DNA of 64,000 nucleotides from an uncultured Bacilli bacterium (GCA_947626095.1 CANQQV010000007.1:18464-82463), one strand, 5' to 3'; shown: positions 40,452-50,675, counted from the first letter of the stretch. Notes: generated by a model from the sequence alone, not told the origin. Translations and numbers: made by a program.

Positions 40452-40492
40452 ATTATACTCTAAAATTAGCACTTGTCAATATAGAGTGCTAA
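40452..40492 (-). promoter_or_regulatory. CIRCE (HrcA operator) overlapping the clpB sigmaA promoter
   Basis: TTAGCACTC-N9-AAGTGCTAA at 40492-40466 (one mismatch); TTGACA 40479-40474, 16 nt, TATAAT 40457-40452. Confidence 0.88.
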
Positions 40493-40510
40493 TTTTTATA
40501 GATAAAAAAA

Positions 40511-41227
40511 CTATTTCAAAGTATACTTCAAAATAGCTTCTTCTACTTCTTTAGGATGCGTAGCTCCTATATTGTGTTTACCACCTTTAATAAGATCTAT
40601 ATTATCTTTATAATCTTTACCTAAGTAATCTATTACTTTATGCGGATTAACTTGTTCATCTTCATCCCCATAGATAATTACAAAATCTTTTTTTGGCAAT
40701 TCTTTTACTTCTTCTTCTAAATCTTCTCTAACAATCGATTGATATGACTTACGTAAAAACTTTGTCCCATAAACCATTTCATTAGTTTTTAAAATATGAA
40801 TTACATAAAAATCTCTCAAGCAATTTCGTATACCCTGTAAAGCTTGTGGTGTTTTAATAAAACTTTTACTCTTCTTTGTTGTTCTAATGATAGCTGGTGA
40901 TACTAAAATAAGTTTTTGGGAAGCGTTAAACTTTGTCTTATATCTAATCGCTACACTTCCGCCAAAACTATAACCTAAGATATAATCTATATCTAAATTA
41001 TTATCTATTATATATTTATTAATATAATCAGCATAGTCATTTAAATCCCAACCTTTATCTGGTTCAGCCTCCCCACAAAATCCTGGTAAATTTAACTTAT
41101 ATACGTTATAGTTTTTCTCTAATCTTTTAACTAATTCTTCTCTATTGTGCCATGCATCAGTTTCTTTAGTTTGCGAAGTATAATTTTGATAATTCCAACC
41201 ATGAATTAATAAAATAGATTTTTTCAT
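40511..41227 (-). CDS. Alpha/beta hydrolase
   Basis: LIHGW, LPGF, GYSFGG nucleophile elbow, GDEDEQV, GGKH. Confidence 0.85.
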   Translation of the reverse strand: MKKSILLIHGWNYQNYTSQTKETDAWHNREELVKRLEKNYNVYKLNLPGFCGEAEPDKGWDLNDYADYINKYIIDNNLDIDYILGYSFGGSVAIRYKTKFNASQKLILVSPAIIRTTKKSKSFIKTPQALQGIRNCLRDFYVIHILKTNEMVYGTKFLRKSYQSIVREDLEEEVKELPKKDFVIIYGDEDEQVNPHKVIDYLGKDYKDNIDLIKGGKHNIGATHPKEVEEAILKYTLK

Positions 41228-41229
41228 AA

Positions 41230-42645
41230 CTAATCCCCCTTATAAGGAATAATTCGATAAGTATCATTTTCTAAACTTAGTAAATTTTCTTCTTCTACTT
41301 TATCATAATCTCTAAAATAACCACTATAATGATAGAAAATTATTCCTTTATAATTATTCATAAAATTATGATTTTTAACAACGACAACATTCTTATAATC
41401 TTTTAATATTTTCAAATATTCTATATCATCAAACAAATAAACTTTATCAAAATTTGGAAATAATTCTGGTACCTTTTCAAAACGATCTGTATTTTCTGCT
41501 GAACCAAATTTTCTAATTACTAATATCTTCTTTTTATATTTATTCTTACTTAATTGTTTTAATCTTTCATAAGTAGTTACATCCCCATCAAAGAATACTT
41601 GTTTACCAAAAATATTTACTTTATTTATTCTATTCTCTACTGGTACATAACTATTTAAAGCCTCTACTATATTTTTCTTATTAACTCCTAAATACTTCCC
41701 TACTTTATAAGCTAAAGCATATTGTAAAAGTGATAAGTCTGTAAGTAAATAAGGTTTTATATAATGACCTTCAATCATAAAGCCATCATCTTTATAAGAT
41801 ACATTCGTATTAAACGTTAATAACTCCTCTAAATTAGAAGTAAATAACTTCTTATCATCATAATAGATATCTTTATCTCTTAAACTGATTCTTTTAATAT
41901 ATTTATCTTTAATATTATAAAAACCTACTTTAGCATTTCTAAATATCTCTGCTTTATTTATGGCTAAATCCTCTATTGTATCCATTCCATCTTTATGTAA
42001 ATGTGATGAATCTAATTGTAAAAAGCAAGCCACATCTGGTTTAAGTAATGTACTTAATACTTTAACATGATCTTTAAAATAAATTGAATTTTCTAATACC
42101 ACATACTCAGTATCCCTTTTAAGTAGATTTATAATATGTGCTTTAAGTAAAATTGGTGTAATTCTTTTATGATATATACGCTCTACTTTATATTTTTTTG
42201 CTAAAACTTTTTCTATTAAACCAACACTAGTGGTTTTACCTACACTACCTGTAACTGCTACGACCTTTGGTTTTACTTCCCTTAATACATGTTCATACAA
42301 TTTATCTATTTCTTCTAATATATTATCTACTACTAAGTAATTATATTTTTCATTATCAAATAACGATAACATATCTTTTTCAATAACATATGTATATTCG
42401 GGATGTTTCTCCATTATCTCTTTTATCTTTGGGCGATAATCAACGTAATTAGGCACCCAACCATCTTCAATATCATATTGGGTAAAATAAATTGGGAAAA
42501 ACAAGATATTTTTAGCTTCTTTTTCATATTGCTCATCTAAATAAACAATTCTTAAATAATCAAAAACAATATCTTTATCGTTAAGATGTTCATCAATAAT
42601 ACTACATATTTTCTTTAATTCATATAATGAATACTTATTGGTCAT
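41230..42645 (-). CDS. Divergent Mur ligase family protein (MurF-like)
   Basis: VVAVTGSVGKTTS, VVLE, KPDV, NKAEIF, PVENR. Confidence 0.7.
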   Translation of the reverse strand: MTNKYSLYELKKICSIIDEHLNDKDIVFDYLRIVYLDEQYEKEAKNILFFPIYFTQYDIEDGWVPNYVDYRPKIKEIMEKHPEYTYVIEKDMLSLFDNEKYNYLVVDNILEEIDKLYEHVLREVKPKVVAVTGSVGKTTSVGLIEKVLAKKYKVERIYHKRITPILLKAHIINLLKRDTEYVVLENSIYFKDHVKVLSTLLKPDVACFLQLDSSHLHKDGMDTIEDLAINKAEIFRNAKVGFYNIKDKYIKRISLRDKDIYYDDKKLFTSNLEELLTFNTNVSYKDDGFMIEGHYIKPYLLTDLSLLQYALAYKVGKYLGVNKKNIVEALNSYVPVENRINKVNIFGKQVFFDGDVTTYERLKQLSKNKYKKKILVIRKFGSAENTDRFEKVPELFPNFDKVYLFDDIEYLKILKDYKNVVVVKNHNFMNNYKGIIFYHYSGYFRDYDKVEEENLLSLENDTYRIIPYKGD

Positions 42646-42677
42646 TAAACCATCTCTTTCATTAATATTATTATAAC

Positions 42678-42713
42678 AAAAAAGTAGATTTAATTCCTTT
42701 AAATCTACTTTTT
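42678..42713 (-). terminator. Terminator after leuS
   Basis: AAAAAGTAGATTTA/TAAATCTACTTTTT inverted repeat. Confidence 0.65.
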
Positions 42714-42718
42714 ACTTT

Positions 42719-45139
42719 CTACTTAACGACAATATTAACTATTTTACCTTTAACAACTATTACTTTAACAACTTCTTTACCTTCCATAAACTTAATTACA
42801 TTAGGTTCAGCCATTGCTTTAGCTTTAACACTTTCTTCATCTTCATCAACACTAATTGTAATAGAAGCTCTTAATTTACCATTTACTTGAACGCCAATTG
42901 TTCTTTCATTATCTACCGTTTTAGCTTCATCATAAGTTGGCCACTTACTATTACATATAGGTTCATAACCAATTTGTTCATTTAGTTCTTCTGTAACATG
43001 TGGTGCTAAAGGATTTAATAATGTTAATAAGACATGATAATCTTCTTTCGTGATACTTTCTTTATCATCATAAGCATTAGCTAAAATCATTAAAGTTGAA
43101 ACAACCGTATTATAAGCCATATGGGTTAAATCATATTCAACCTTTTTAATACTCTTATGAATTAAACTTTCTAAGTCTTTAGAATATTCTTTACCATCTA
43201 CTACTTTATCTTTTAATCTAACTACTTTATCAATAAAACGTTTACATCCTCTTAATGAATCAGTACTCCATGGAGCATCTTGTTCATAATCACCCATAAA
43301 CATTTCATAAACTCTTAAAGTATCGGCCCCATATTCTTTAACAATATCATCAGGATTTATAACATTGCCTTTTGACTTACTCATCTTTTCATTATTAGAA
43401 CCTAATACCATACCATGACTAACTCTTGTCCATATCATTTCTTTATTAGGTACTAAGCCAATATTGTATAAGAATTGGACCCAGAATCTTGCATATAATA
43501 AGTGTCTTGCAGTATGTTCCATCCCACCATTATACCAATCTACTCTATTCCAATACTTCATGGCATCCATTGAAGCAAATTCTTTATCATTATGCGCATC
43601 CATAAATCTTAAGAAGTACCAACTAGATCCTGCCCAGTTAGGCATTGTATCTGTTTCTCTTCTCGCTTTACCACCACAACAAGGACAAGTGGTATTAACC
43701 CAATCAGTTATATTAGCTAATGGACTTTCTCCATCTTCAGTTGGTTCATACTCTGCTACATCTGGTAATAACAATGGTAAATCTTTTTCATCCATTGGTT
43801 GCCATCCACATTTTTCACAATATATCATTGGAATTGGTTCACCCCAGAATCTTTGTCTAGAGAAGATCCAATCACGCATCTTGTAATTATTTACAACACG
43901 TCCAATACCTTTTTCTTCTAACATCTTCGTTAAAGCTTCTTTAGCTTCTTTAACTGTTAAACCACTATATTCTTCAGAATTAACTAATCTGGCCTCTGGA
44001 TTTTCTAAATAATCATATTTTTCATAAGCTTTTTCTTCTAAGTTACCACCCGTAATAACTTCTACTATTTCTAGGTTATGAACTTTAGCATATTCATAAT
44101 CTCTTTGATCATGAGCTGGAACAGCCATAACTGCTCCTGTTCCATAATCACCTAAGACAAAGTCACCTAAGAAAATAGGAACTTCTTTACCAGTAACTGG
44201 ATTAATTGCTTTAATACCTTTAACTTCAACACCAGTCTTACCTTTATTTAATTCTGTACGATCCATATTAGATTTCTTACTAGTTTCTTCTATATAAGCT
44301 AATACTTCATCTTTATTTTCTACTCTTGGCATTAATTCTTTAATTAATTTACCATCTGGTGCAATAACAAAGAATGTAATACCATAAATCGTTTCAATAC
44401 AAGTTGTAAATATTGAAAATTTACCACCACCAACGATATCGACATCTACTTCAACACCAGTTGATTTACCAATCCAATTTATTTGGCCTAATTTAACTTT
44501 TTCAGCAAAATTTGTATCATCTAAGCCCTTTAATAAGTCTTCAGCATAATCACTCATTCTTAACATCCATTGCGCTTTTTCTTTTTGAATAACTGGACTA
44601 CCACAACGTTCACAAACACCACCAGCTGCATCTTCATTAGACAATACTGATTTACAAGTAGGACACCAGTTTACTGGAATTGTATCTTTATAAGCCATTC
44701 CATGTTTATAAAATTGTAAAAATTGCCACTGTGTCCATTTATAATACTCTGGATCAGTTGTTGAAAACTCTCTACTCCAATCAAAAGAAAAACCGATACT
44801 CTTCATTTGATTCTTAAAAGTTACAATATTTTCTTTAACTGCTTCTTTAGGATGAATATGATTTTTAATCGCATATTGTTCAGCCGGTGCGCCAAATGCA
44901 TCCCATCCCATTGGATATAAAACATTTAATCCTTGCATTCTTTTCATTCTGGCAATCGCATCTTGGGCCGTATAACTTCTAACATGTCCAACATGTAAAC
45001 CAGATCCACTTGGATAAGGAAACTCTACTAAGATATAGTATGGTTTCTTACTCTTATCCCCATTTTTAGCTTCAAAAGTATGATTATCATCCCAATACTT
45101 TTGCCACTTTTTTTCTATTTCTGTAAAATTATATTCCAT
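42719..45139 (-). CDS. leuS: Leucine--tRNA ligase
   Basis: FPYPSGSGLHVGH, GTGAVMAVPAHDQRD, SRQRFWGEPIP, KMSKS; ORF track start is 45148. Confidence 0.97.
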   Translation of the reverse strand: MEYNFTEIEKKWQKYWDDNHTFEAKNGDKSKKPYYILVEFPYPSGSGLHVGHVRSYTAQDAIARMKRMQGLNVLYPMGWDAFGAPAEQYAIKNHIHPKEAVKENIVTFKNQMKSIGFSFDWSREFSTTDPEYYKWTQWQFLQFYKHGMAYKDTIPVNWCPTCKSVLSNEDAAGGVCERCGSPVIQKEKAQWMLRMSDYAEDLLKGLDDTNFAEKVKLGQINWIGKSTGVEVDVDIVGGGKFSIFTTCIETIYGITFFVIAPDGKLIKELMPRVENKDEVLAYIEETSKKSNMDRTELNKGKTGVEVKGIKAINPVTGKEVPIFLGDFVLGDYGTGAVMAVPAHDQRDYEYAKVHNLEIVEVITGGNLEEKAYEKYDYLENPEARLVNSEEYSGLTVKEAKEALTKMLEEKGIGRVVNNYKMRDWIFSRQRFWGEPIPMIYCEKCGWQPMDEKDLPLLLPDVAEYEPTEDGESPLANITDWVNTTCPCCGGKARRETDTMPNWAGSSWYFLRFMDAHNDKEFASMDAMKYWNRVDWYNGGMEHTARHLLYARFWVQFLYNIGLVPNKEMIWTRVSHGMVLGSNNEKMSKSKGNVINPDDIVKEYGADTLRVYEMFMGDYEQDAPWSTDSLRGCKRFIDKVVRLKDKVVDGKEYSKDLESLIHKSIKKVEYDLTHMAYNTVVSTLMILANAYDDKESITKEDYHVLLTLLNPLAPHVTEELNEQIGYEPICNSKWPTYDEAKTVDNERTIGVQVNGKLRASITISVDEDEESVKAKAMAEPNVIKFMEGKEVVKVIVVKGKIVNIVVK

Positions 45140-45153
45140 TTTATTCACTCTTT

Positions 45154-46008
45154 CTAATTATGTTCTTTTAACCATTCTAAGATTACTTTAGTTGCTTCTT
45201 TTCTCTTTAAGCCATTAACCAGCTCTGAATTAACTAAAATACCATCTTTAACAATTACTCTATCTTGCATTGCATATTCATAAGTCTTATGATGTAATTC
45301 ATCTTTTATTTCTTTTAAAACGGTATCTTTATCTACCCATTCAACACTAAATACTTCATCTTCATCTAAATTCTGTTTATCTTTTTTACTATTTACTAAT
45401 TTAAATAAGAAACCAGTACATTCGATATTAAAGTATTTATCTTTATTAAAAGCATAATAATGATGATTTATTTTAGGCACTTCTTTTAAGAGTTTTAACT
45501 TACTATAACCTGTTTCTTCTTTTACTTCTCTTAAAGCACAATCTAATGGACTTTCTCCTTCTTTAATTGTTCCACCAATAAATAAACGTCCACCTTTTTC
45601 ATGCCAATTAATTGTGAGGTATTTATCATTATCTTCATCATAAACTATTGCTACTATTGAATTTTTCTTAAATTCATTATCGTGAGGTTTACCAGTTACT
45701 TCTTCTATTACTTGTTTTATTTCTATCTTATGCTTAACAGCATATTCATAATCTTCTTCATTATGTAAAGGTACTCCTCCTTTAGCTTCTTCTATCTTGC
45801 TATCTATATATATGGGAACCTTACAATCATTTATCGGATTAATTGCGTATAACTTCGTAAATCCCTCTTTAACTTTCGTCTCTAAATCTTTATTAGATCT
45901 AAGTAAAATATAACTAACACCATATAAAGTATCTACTTCTTTAACTGGTATTTCTAATACTTTATCACTATTTTCTACTTTAAATTTAACTACTTTACTT
46001 TTTGTCAT
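45154..46008 (-). CDS. Free-standing degenerate LeuRS CP1 editing-domain homologue with an inserted NUDIX hydrolase domain
   Basis: CP1-like DTLYGVSY, YAINPINDCKVPIY, VPLHNEEDYEYA, GILVNS...NGL...EA; Nudix box GGTIKEGESPLDCALREVKEETGY. Confidence 0.78.
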   Translation of the reverse strand: MTKSKVVKFKVENSDKVLEIPVKEVDTLYGVSYILLRSNKDLETKVKEGFTKLYAINPINDCKVPIYIDSKIEEAKGGVPLHNEEDYEYAVKHKIEIKQVIEEVTGKPHDNEFKKNSIVAIVYDEDNDKYLTINWHEKGGRLFIGGTIKEGESPLDCALREVKEETGYSKLKLLKEVPKINHHYYAFNKDKYFNIECTGFLFKLVNSKKDKQNLDEDEVFSVEWVDKDTVLKEIKDELHHKTYEYAMQDRVIVKDGILVNSELVNGLKRKEATKVILEWLKEHN

Positions 46009-46363
46009 TTTCTTTACCCCATTTTTTATTTAGATATTTACCATATCCAAAATACATACTAAAGATTAAAATTAAAATAATAACAAACGCAATTAATAAT
46101 TTAATGCCAATAAACCAACTATCTGGTAATAAACCAATTACTGTTATTGTAAAAGCTATAATAAAAGCATTAATAATAGCAATTGTATTTAACAACTTAC
46201 GATAATTCATTTTCTTTTTATCTAAATTAAATTTTTTCGTTATAATTACTAACTCAGATATCTTTGTATACTTTTCTTTCTTGAGCATATCATCGAAAAT
46301 AAAGTAATAAACAAAGTATACAACCATAAAGACGATTAAAAAGAAGACTAAATCAAACATCAT
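45995..46363 (-). CDS. Small 3-TM membrane protein, first gene of the leuS operon
   Basis: Three hydrophobic helices; RBS GAGGT; overlaps the next gene. Confidence 0.7.
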   Translation of the reverse strand: MMFDLVFFLIVFMVVYFVYYFIFDDMLKKEKYTKISELVIITKKFNLDKKKMNYRKLLNTIAIINAFIIAFTITVIGLLPDSWFIGIKLLIAFVIILILIFSMYFGYGKYLNKKWGKENDKK

Positions 46364-46379
46364 AAAACCTCACTTTCCA

Positions 46380-46574
46380 AAATAAAAGACATCTTCGTAT
46401 AAGGACGAAAATGTCGTGGTACCACCTTAATTTCTGATATAAATCAGCTTTAAATTGATAACGGAATTACCCTCAAAGCTCCAAAAGCAAGTTCAGATAT
46501 CTATCATCCTAATTTTCACCATCCATTAGGTCTCTATAATGAATTAATATCCTACTACTCTTTCTTCATCACTT
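46380..46574 (-). ncRNA. Canonical Leu T-box riboswitch
   Basis: 99-nt stem I with GA motif, AGAGA bulge, GGTGAAA loop, GAA-CTT-G specifier (Leu, 46491-46489); AAGGTGGTACCACG T-box; terminator GACATTTTCGT/ACGAAGATGTC plus T run. Confidence 0.92.
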
Positions 46575-46625
46575 AAAATATATTAAATGTATTATAAAAT
46601 ATCTTTATTTTTAAATCAAGAACAA

Positions 46626-47126
46626 TTAATGACTCATTGTTGGTGCTGAATCATCATAATCAATTCCAAGTTTATTTGCATACACTGATAATTCATATGA
46701 AACATATGCATCATCATAATAACCGATATTTTTTAAATAAGTAAAGTATGCAGCAGCTGCTTGCATCTTTCTTAAATCACATGTATCTTTATCTATTTTA
46801 CCAGCTTTAAGCTCTTCTGTTGCTTCAGCTACTCTTCTATCGAACATACTCATATGAAGTCCATTAGTTAATATATGATGAATTCCAATTATTGTCCCTG
46901 ATATCGGTCCATGTTTTTGAATTGCAAATCTCATTTTATTCTTAATATTTTCTGTATATGTAGCATAAGCATCTACAGGTCCCTGTGTTGGTGAGTGAAC
47001 ACTACCTCCAGCAGGAGCTGCAAACGGATTAACTACATGGCCATTAACCATTATTTTACCAGAACGGCTTACTGGCATTCCACCCATCATACCTCTTCTA
47101 GGTCCTCTTGGTCCTCTTGGTGGCAT
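46626..47126 (-). CDS. Hypothetical protein with Pro/Arg/Gly-rich N-terminus
   Basis: AAGGGG RBS; PPRGPRGPRRG start; helical C-terminal half. Confidence 0.65.
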   Translation of the reverse strand: MPPRGPRGPRRGMMGGMPVSRSGKIMVNGHVVNPFAAPAGGSVHSPTQGPVDAYATYTENIKNKMRFAIQKHGPISGTIIGIHHILTNGLHMSMFDRRVAEATEELKAGKIDKDTCDLRKMQAAAAYFTYLKNIGYYDDAYVSYELSVYANKLGIDYDDSAPTMSH

Positions 47127-47164
47127 AAAATCATCCCCTTACTACCGCTATTATAAACACAAAA

Positions 47165-49645
47165 CTAAATTTGTGCAACATACTCTAATAATTTCATAAA
47201 CATATTAACGAATTTCTTATCCAAACCTACTTTATGTAAGTTTCTTATTTCTACACGTTTTCGATCAATACTCATATTAGAGAAGACTATTTTACCAATT
47301 TGTTCTTTTAATATTGTCTTAATTTGTAAATCAGAAATAATTGAATCAATATCTTCATTAATTAATCTAACTGCATCTATTTCAATATCTTTACCTTTAC
47401 AATTAATTGTTAATTGTTTAGTCGTTGGAACATCATTAACTTCAACAATAAAATCAGTATCTTCAATATAACAATCTCTATCTACTTTTTCATTATCTAT
47501 ATATACAATAACATCATTAGCTTCTCTTGTATTTCTAAATCTAATACGATAATTTCTCTTAGCTGGTACAATACCTGTCTTACCTTCTACTGGTCTAATA
47601 ATCATTGTATAGTTATTAGCCATATAGTTATAATCAACTCTTGTAAGTAAGTAATAACCTTCTTTATATAAGTTACTAAATCCATCATCTTCATATAAAT
47701 TATACTGATTACTCTTACCAGGGAAAACATGTATTTCCATTGTCTTAGGACTATTAGTAACATTCATGTTATTTTCTAAATCAGCCATACATATTATTGA
47801 ACCATCCCTCGCAAACACTGGATAATCTTCATCTTTATAGAATAAAATATATCTTTTATTACCTAAATATTTCTTACCTGTCTTAAAATCATACCATGTT
47901 CCTTTAGGTAAGAATATTCTTTCAACTGATCTATTCATAACTTCATCTTTAGGCTTTGTAATTGGTGCTACAAATAATTCAGATCCATAATAATATTCAT
48001 TTTGATAATCTAATTCATCATATATTTCTGGATATTGATAATATACTGGCTGAACTAATGGTAAACCAACTTTGTGATATTTATAAGCTTCTGAATATAA
48101 ATAAGGTATTAATTTATGTCTCATTTGACAATATAATCTAACAATATTTAAAGTCTTAACATCCCATTTCCATGGTTCTCTTTTATAATATCTTCCATAC
48201 TTCGCACTAAATCTAAATATTGGACTAAAAGTTCCATATTGAACATATCTTATATATAATTCTGAATCTTCAATACCATCTTTATATCCGCCAACATCAT
48301 GACTCCACCATGATAAACCTAAATTAGAAGATGTACTATTATAATATGGTAATAACTTTAACGTATTCCAACTAACTAACGTTTCACCACTATAATGGAC
48401 AGGATATAAATGAGGTGCATATGTATTAGCTCTACTAAGTATTAAAGGTCTAACTCCTTCCATCTTATTAAAATCAGTAAAATGATAATAGTTTAAAGCA
48501 TCATTCGCTGCTTTATCTTTTAAATTACGATAATTAATCCAAAAGAAGTCAACCCCTATTTTATATAACGGATCAATAAGATTACTTAAATAAGCACTCA
48601 TTAATTCTTTATCAAAGGCATTAAACGGAATAGCTTGTTTATCACCAACACCTACTACTTTAGCTATTTCGTCAAACTTTGGTTCATGTGGATGAATACC
48701 TTCACTAGGATCTAAACTAAGTCCTACTCTAACTCCACGATCATGCATATACTTAACAAATTCCGTTGGCTTATAAAATAACTCACGATTAAAAGTAAAA
48801 CCAGAATTAAATCTCGCCAAATTATTTTTATCTTTTAAATGCCAATTATCACCAAGTAACAAAATACTCATTGGAATCTTATTACGATTGAAATCCATTA
48901 ATAACTTTTGCACATCTTCAAAGTTATACATTTCATTCTTATTCCACCAAATGCCTAAAGCATATCTTGGTATTAAAGGAGGCATTCCCGTTAAAGTAAA
49001 ATAATTATGTAAACAATTACCAAAATCTTTATTATACATAAAGACATATACATCAATACGTTTCTTATCATTAAATATTAAAGAACCATCTTCACCGATT
49101 ATATTTGAAGCTGAATCATCAATTGAAACAAATCCATCAGATGAATATAATCCTTTTGCTTTAGCTACTAACATATCTTCTACTTTTCTTTTAATATGCT
49201 TAAAGTCTTGAACTTCACTTTCTCCTAAGAAAGGATCGTTTGTTCTATCAATATTAGCTACAATTCCTTTATAATTACGTGCTTCTGGATGACCATAATA
49301 CCATTCTTTATTATTAGCATCTAAAAGTTTAATGCTTAAAATACTATCTGGTGAATATTTATTACCAGCAAAAGACTTCTCTTTTTCATAACGTAAATTA
49401 AAATACTTAGTCGTTATATCTAATATTCTCTCATTTTGATCTACTTTCATTTGCGGAATCGAAAAATTTCTAAACTTCGCAAATTCTGTTGGCCGATCTT
49501 CAAAGTATCCTTCTTCACTAAATTCTAATCTAACTAATAAATCACTTAAAACAGTAATACGATAAAATTGTCCTTTAAATACACTTTGTGGTTTACTTAT
49601 TGCGTTTTGATAATCAGGTTTAAAATGTTCTCCAAAATTAGCCAT
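47165..49645 (-). CDS. Glycoside hydrolase family 31-like protein (catalytic residues substituted)
   Basis: LTGMPPLIPRYALGIWW, WWSHDVGG, ELYIRYVQYGTFSPIFR, RHKLIPYLY, LYEDDG; GGAGG RBS before ATG 49645. Confidence 0.85.
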   Translation of the reverse strand: MANFGEHFKPDYQNAISKPQSVFKGQFYRITVLSDLLVRLEFSEEGYFEDRPTEFAKFRNFSIPQMKVDQNERILDITTKYFNLRYEKEKSFAGNKYSPDSILSIKLLDANNKEWYYGHPEARNYKGIVANIDRTNDPFLGESEVQDFKHIKRKVEDMLVAKAKGLYSSDGFVSIDDSASNIIGEDGSLIFNDKKRIDVYVFMYNKDFGNCLHNYFTLTGMPPLIPRYALGIWWNKNEMYNFEDVQKLLMDFNRNKIPMSILLLGDNWHLKDKNNLARFNSGFTFNRELFYKPTEFVKYMHDRGVRVGLSLDPSEGIHPHEPKFDEIAKVVGVGDKQAIPFNAFDKELMSAYLSNLIDPLYKIGVDFFWINYRNLKDKAANDALNYYHFTDFNKMEGVRPLILSRANTYAPHLYPVHYSGETLVSWNTLKLLPYYNSTSSNLGLSWWSHDVGGYKDGIEDSELYIRYVQYGTFSPIFRFSAKYGRYYKREPWKWDVKTLNIVRLYCQMRHKLIPYLYSEAYKYHKVGLPLVQPVYYQYPEIYDELDYQNEYYYGSELFVAPITKPKDEVMNRSVERIFLPKGTWYDFKTGKKYLGNKRYILFYKDEDYPVFARDGSIICMADLENNMNVTNSPKTMEIHVFPGKSNQYNLYEDDGFSNLYKEGYYLLTRVDYNYMANNYTMIIRPVEGKTGIVPAKRNYRIRFRNTREANDVIVYIDNEKVDRDCYIEDTDFIVEVNDVPTTKQLTINCKGKDIEIDAVRLINEDIDSIISDLQIKTILKEQIGKIVFSNMSIDRKRVEIRNLHKVGLDKKFVNMFMKLLEYVAQI

Positions 49646-49745
49646 CTTTAACGCCTCCATTTTATTCTAATCACTATCATTATATCAAAAATAATAATTT
49701 ATTACATCAAAAAACATTATGTTATAATACTACTTGGTGAAAACA

Positions 49746-50675
49746 ATGTTTAAATATACTTTAGATAACAAAAGATATCATACTTTAAACTATTACTATA
49801 AAACTAAATATGGTAAAAAGACTTTTAAAGTATCCCTAAATGGTAATTTTTCTTGCCCTAACAAAACCAATGGCCCTGGTTGTATTTTCTGTTCTCCACT
49901 AGGATCAGGTGATTTCGCTGGTGATAAAGAAAAAGACTTAGTAACCCAATTTAACGAAATCAAAGAAATAATGGAACGTAAATGGCCGAATAGTTATTAT
50001 ATCGGTTATTTCCAAGCTAATACTAATACTTACGCTCCCGTTAATATCTTAAAAGAAAAATATGAAACTATTCTTTCTTTACCTAATGTTATTGGTTTAA
50101 ACATTGCCACTCGTAGTGATGCCATCACTAAAGAATGTTATGACTACTTAAGTGAACTTAATCAAAAAACTGATTTAACTATTGAACTAGGTTTACAATC
50201 GATTAAATCATCTACTTTAAAGTTTATTAATCGTGGCCACGATTTAAATAACTTTACTAACTGTGTTAAAGAATTACAAAAACGCAACATTAAAGTTGTA
50301 GTTCATATTATTAATGGACTTCCTTATGAAACAAAAGAAGATATGTTAGCTACCGTTCGTTATCTAAACGACTTACACATTGATGGGATTAAAATTCATA
50401 TGTTACATATTATCAAAAATACTCCCTTAGCTACTTACTATCAAAACCATCCCTTCCATATCTTAACTAAAGAAGAATATATTGATATCGTTATCAATCA
50501 ATTAGAACTTTTAAATCCCAAGATTGTTATCCATCGCTTAACTGGTGATCCTAAAAAAGAAGATTTAATCGAACCAACTTGGTTATTAAAAAAATTCTGT
50601 GTTCTAAATGATATCGATAAAGAAATGAAAAAAAGAGATACTTATCAAGGTGCCAAACTAAAAGGTAATAACTAA
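49746..50675 (+). CDS. Radical SAM protein, TIGR01212/YhcC family
   Basis: FSCPN...GCIFC, YFQANTNTY, ELGLQS, INRGH, GIKIHMLH, IHRLTGD. Confidence 0.9.
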   Translation: MFKYTLDNKRYHTLNYYYKTKYGKKTFKVSLNGNFSCPNKTNGPGCIFCSPLGSGDFAGDKEKDLVTQFNEIKEIMERKWPNSYYIGYFQANTNTYAPVNILKEKYETILSLPNVIGLNIATRSDAITKECYDYLSELNQKTDLTIELGLQSIKSSTLKFINRGHDLNNFTNCVKELQKRNIKVVVHIINGLPYETKEDMLATVRYLNDLHIDGIKIHMLHIIKNTPLATYYQNHPFHILTKEEYIDIVINQLELLNPKIVIHRLTGDPKKEDLIEPTWLLKKFCVLNDIDKEMKKRDTYQGAKLKGNN

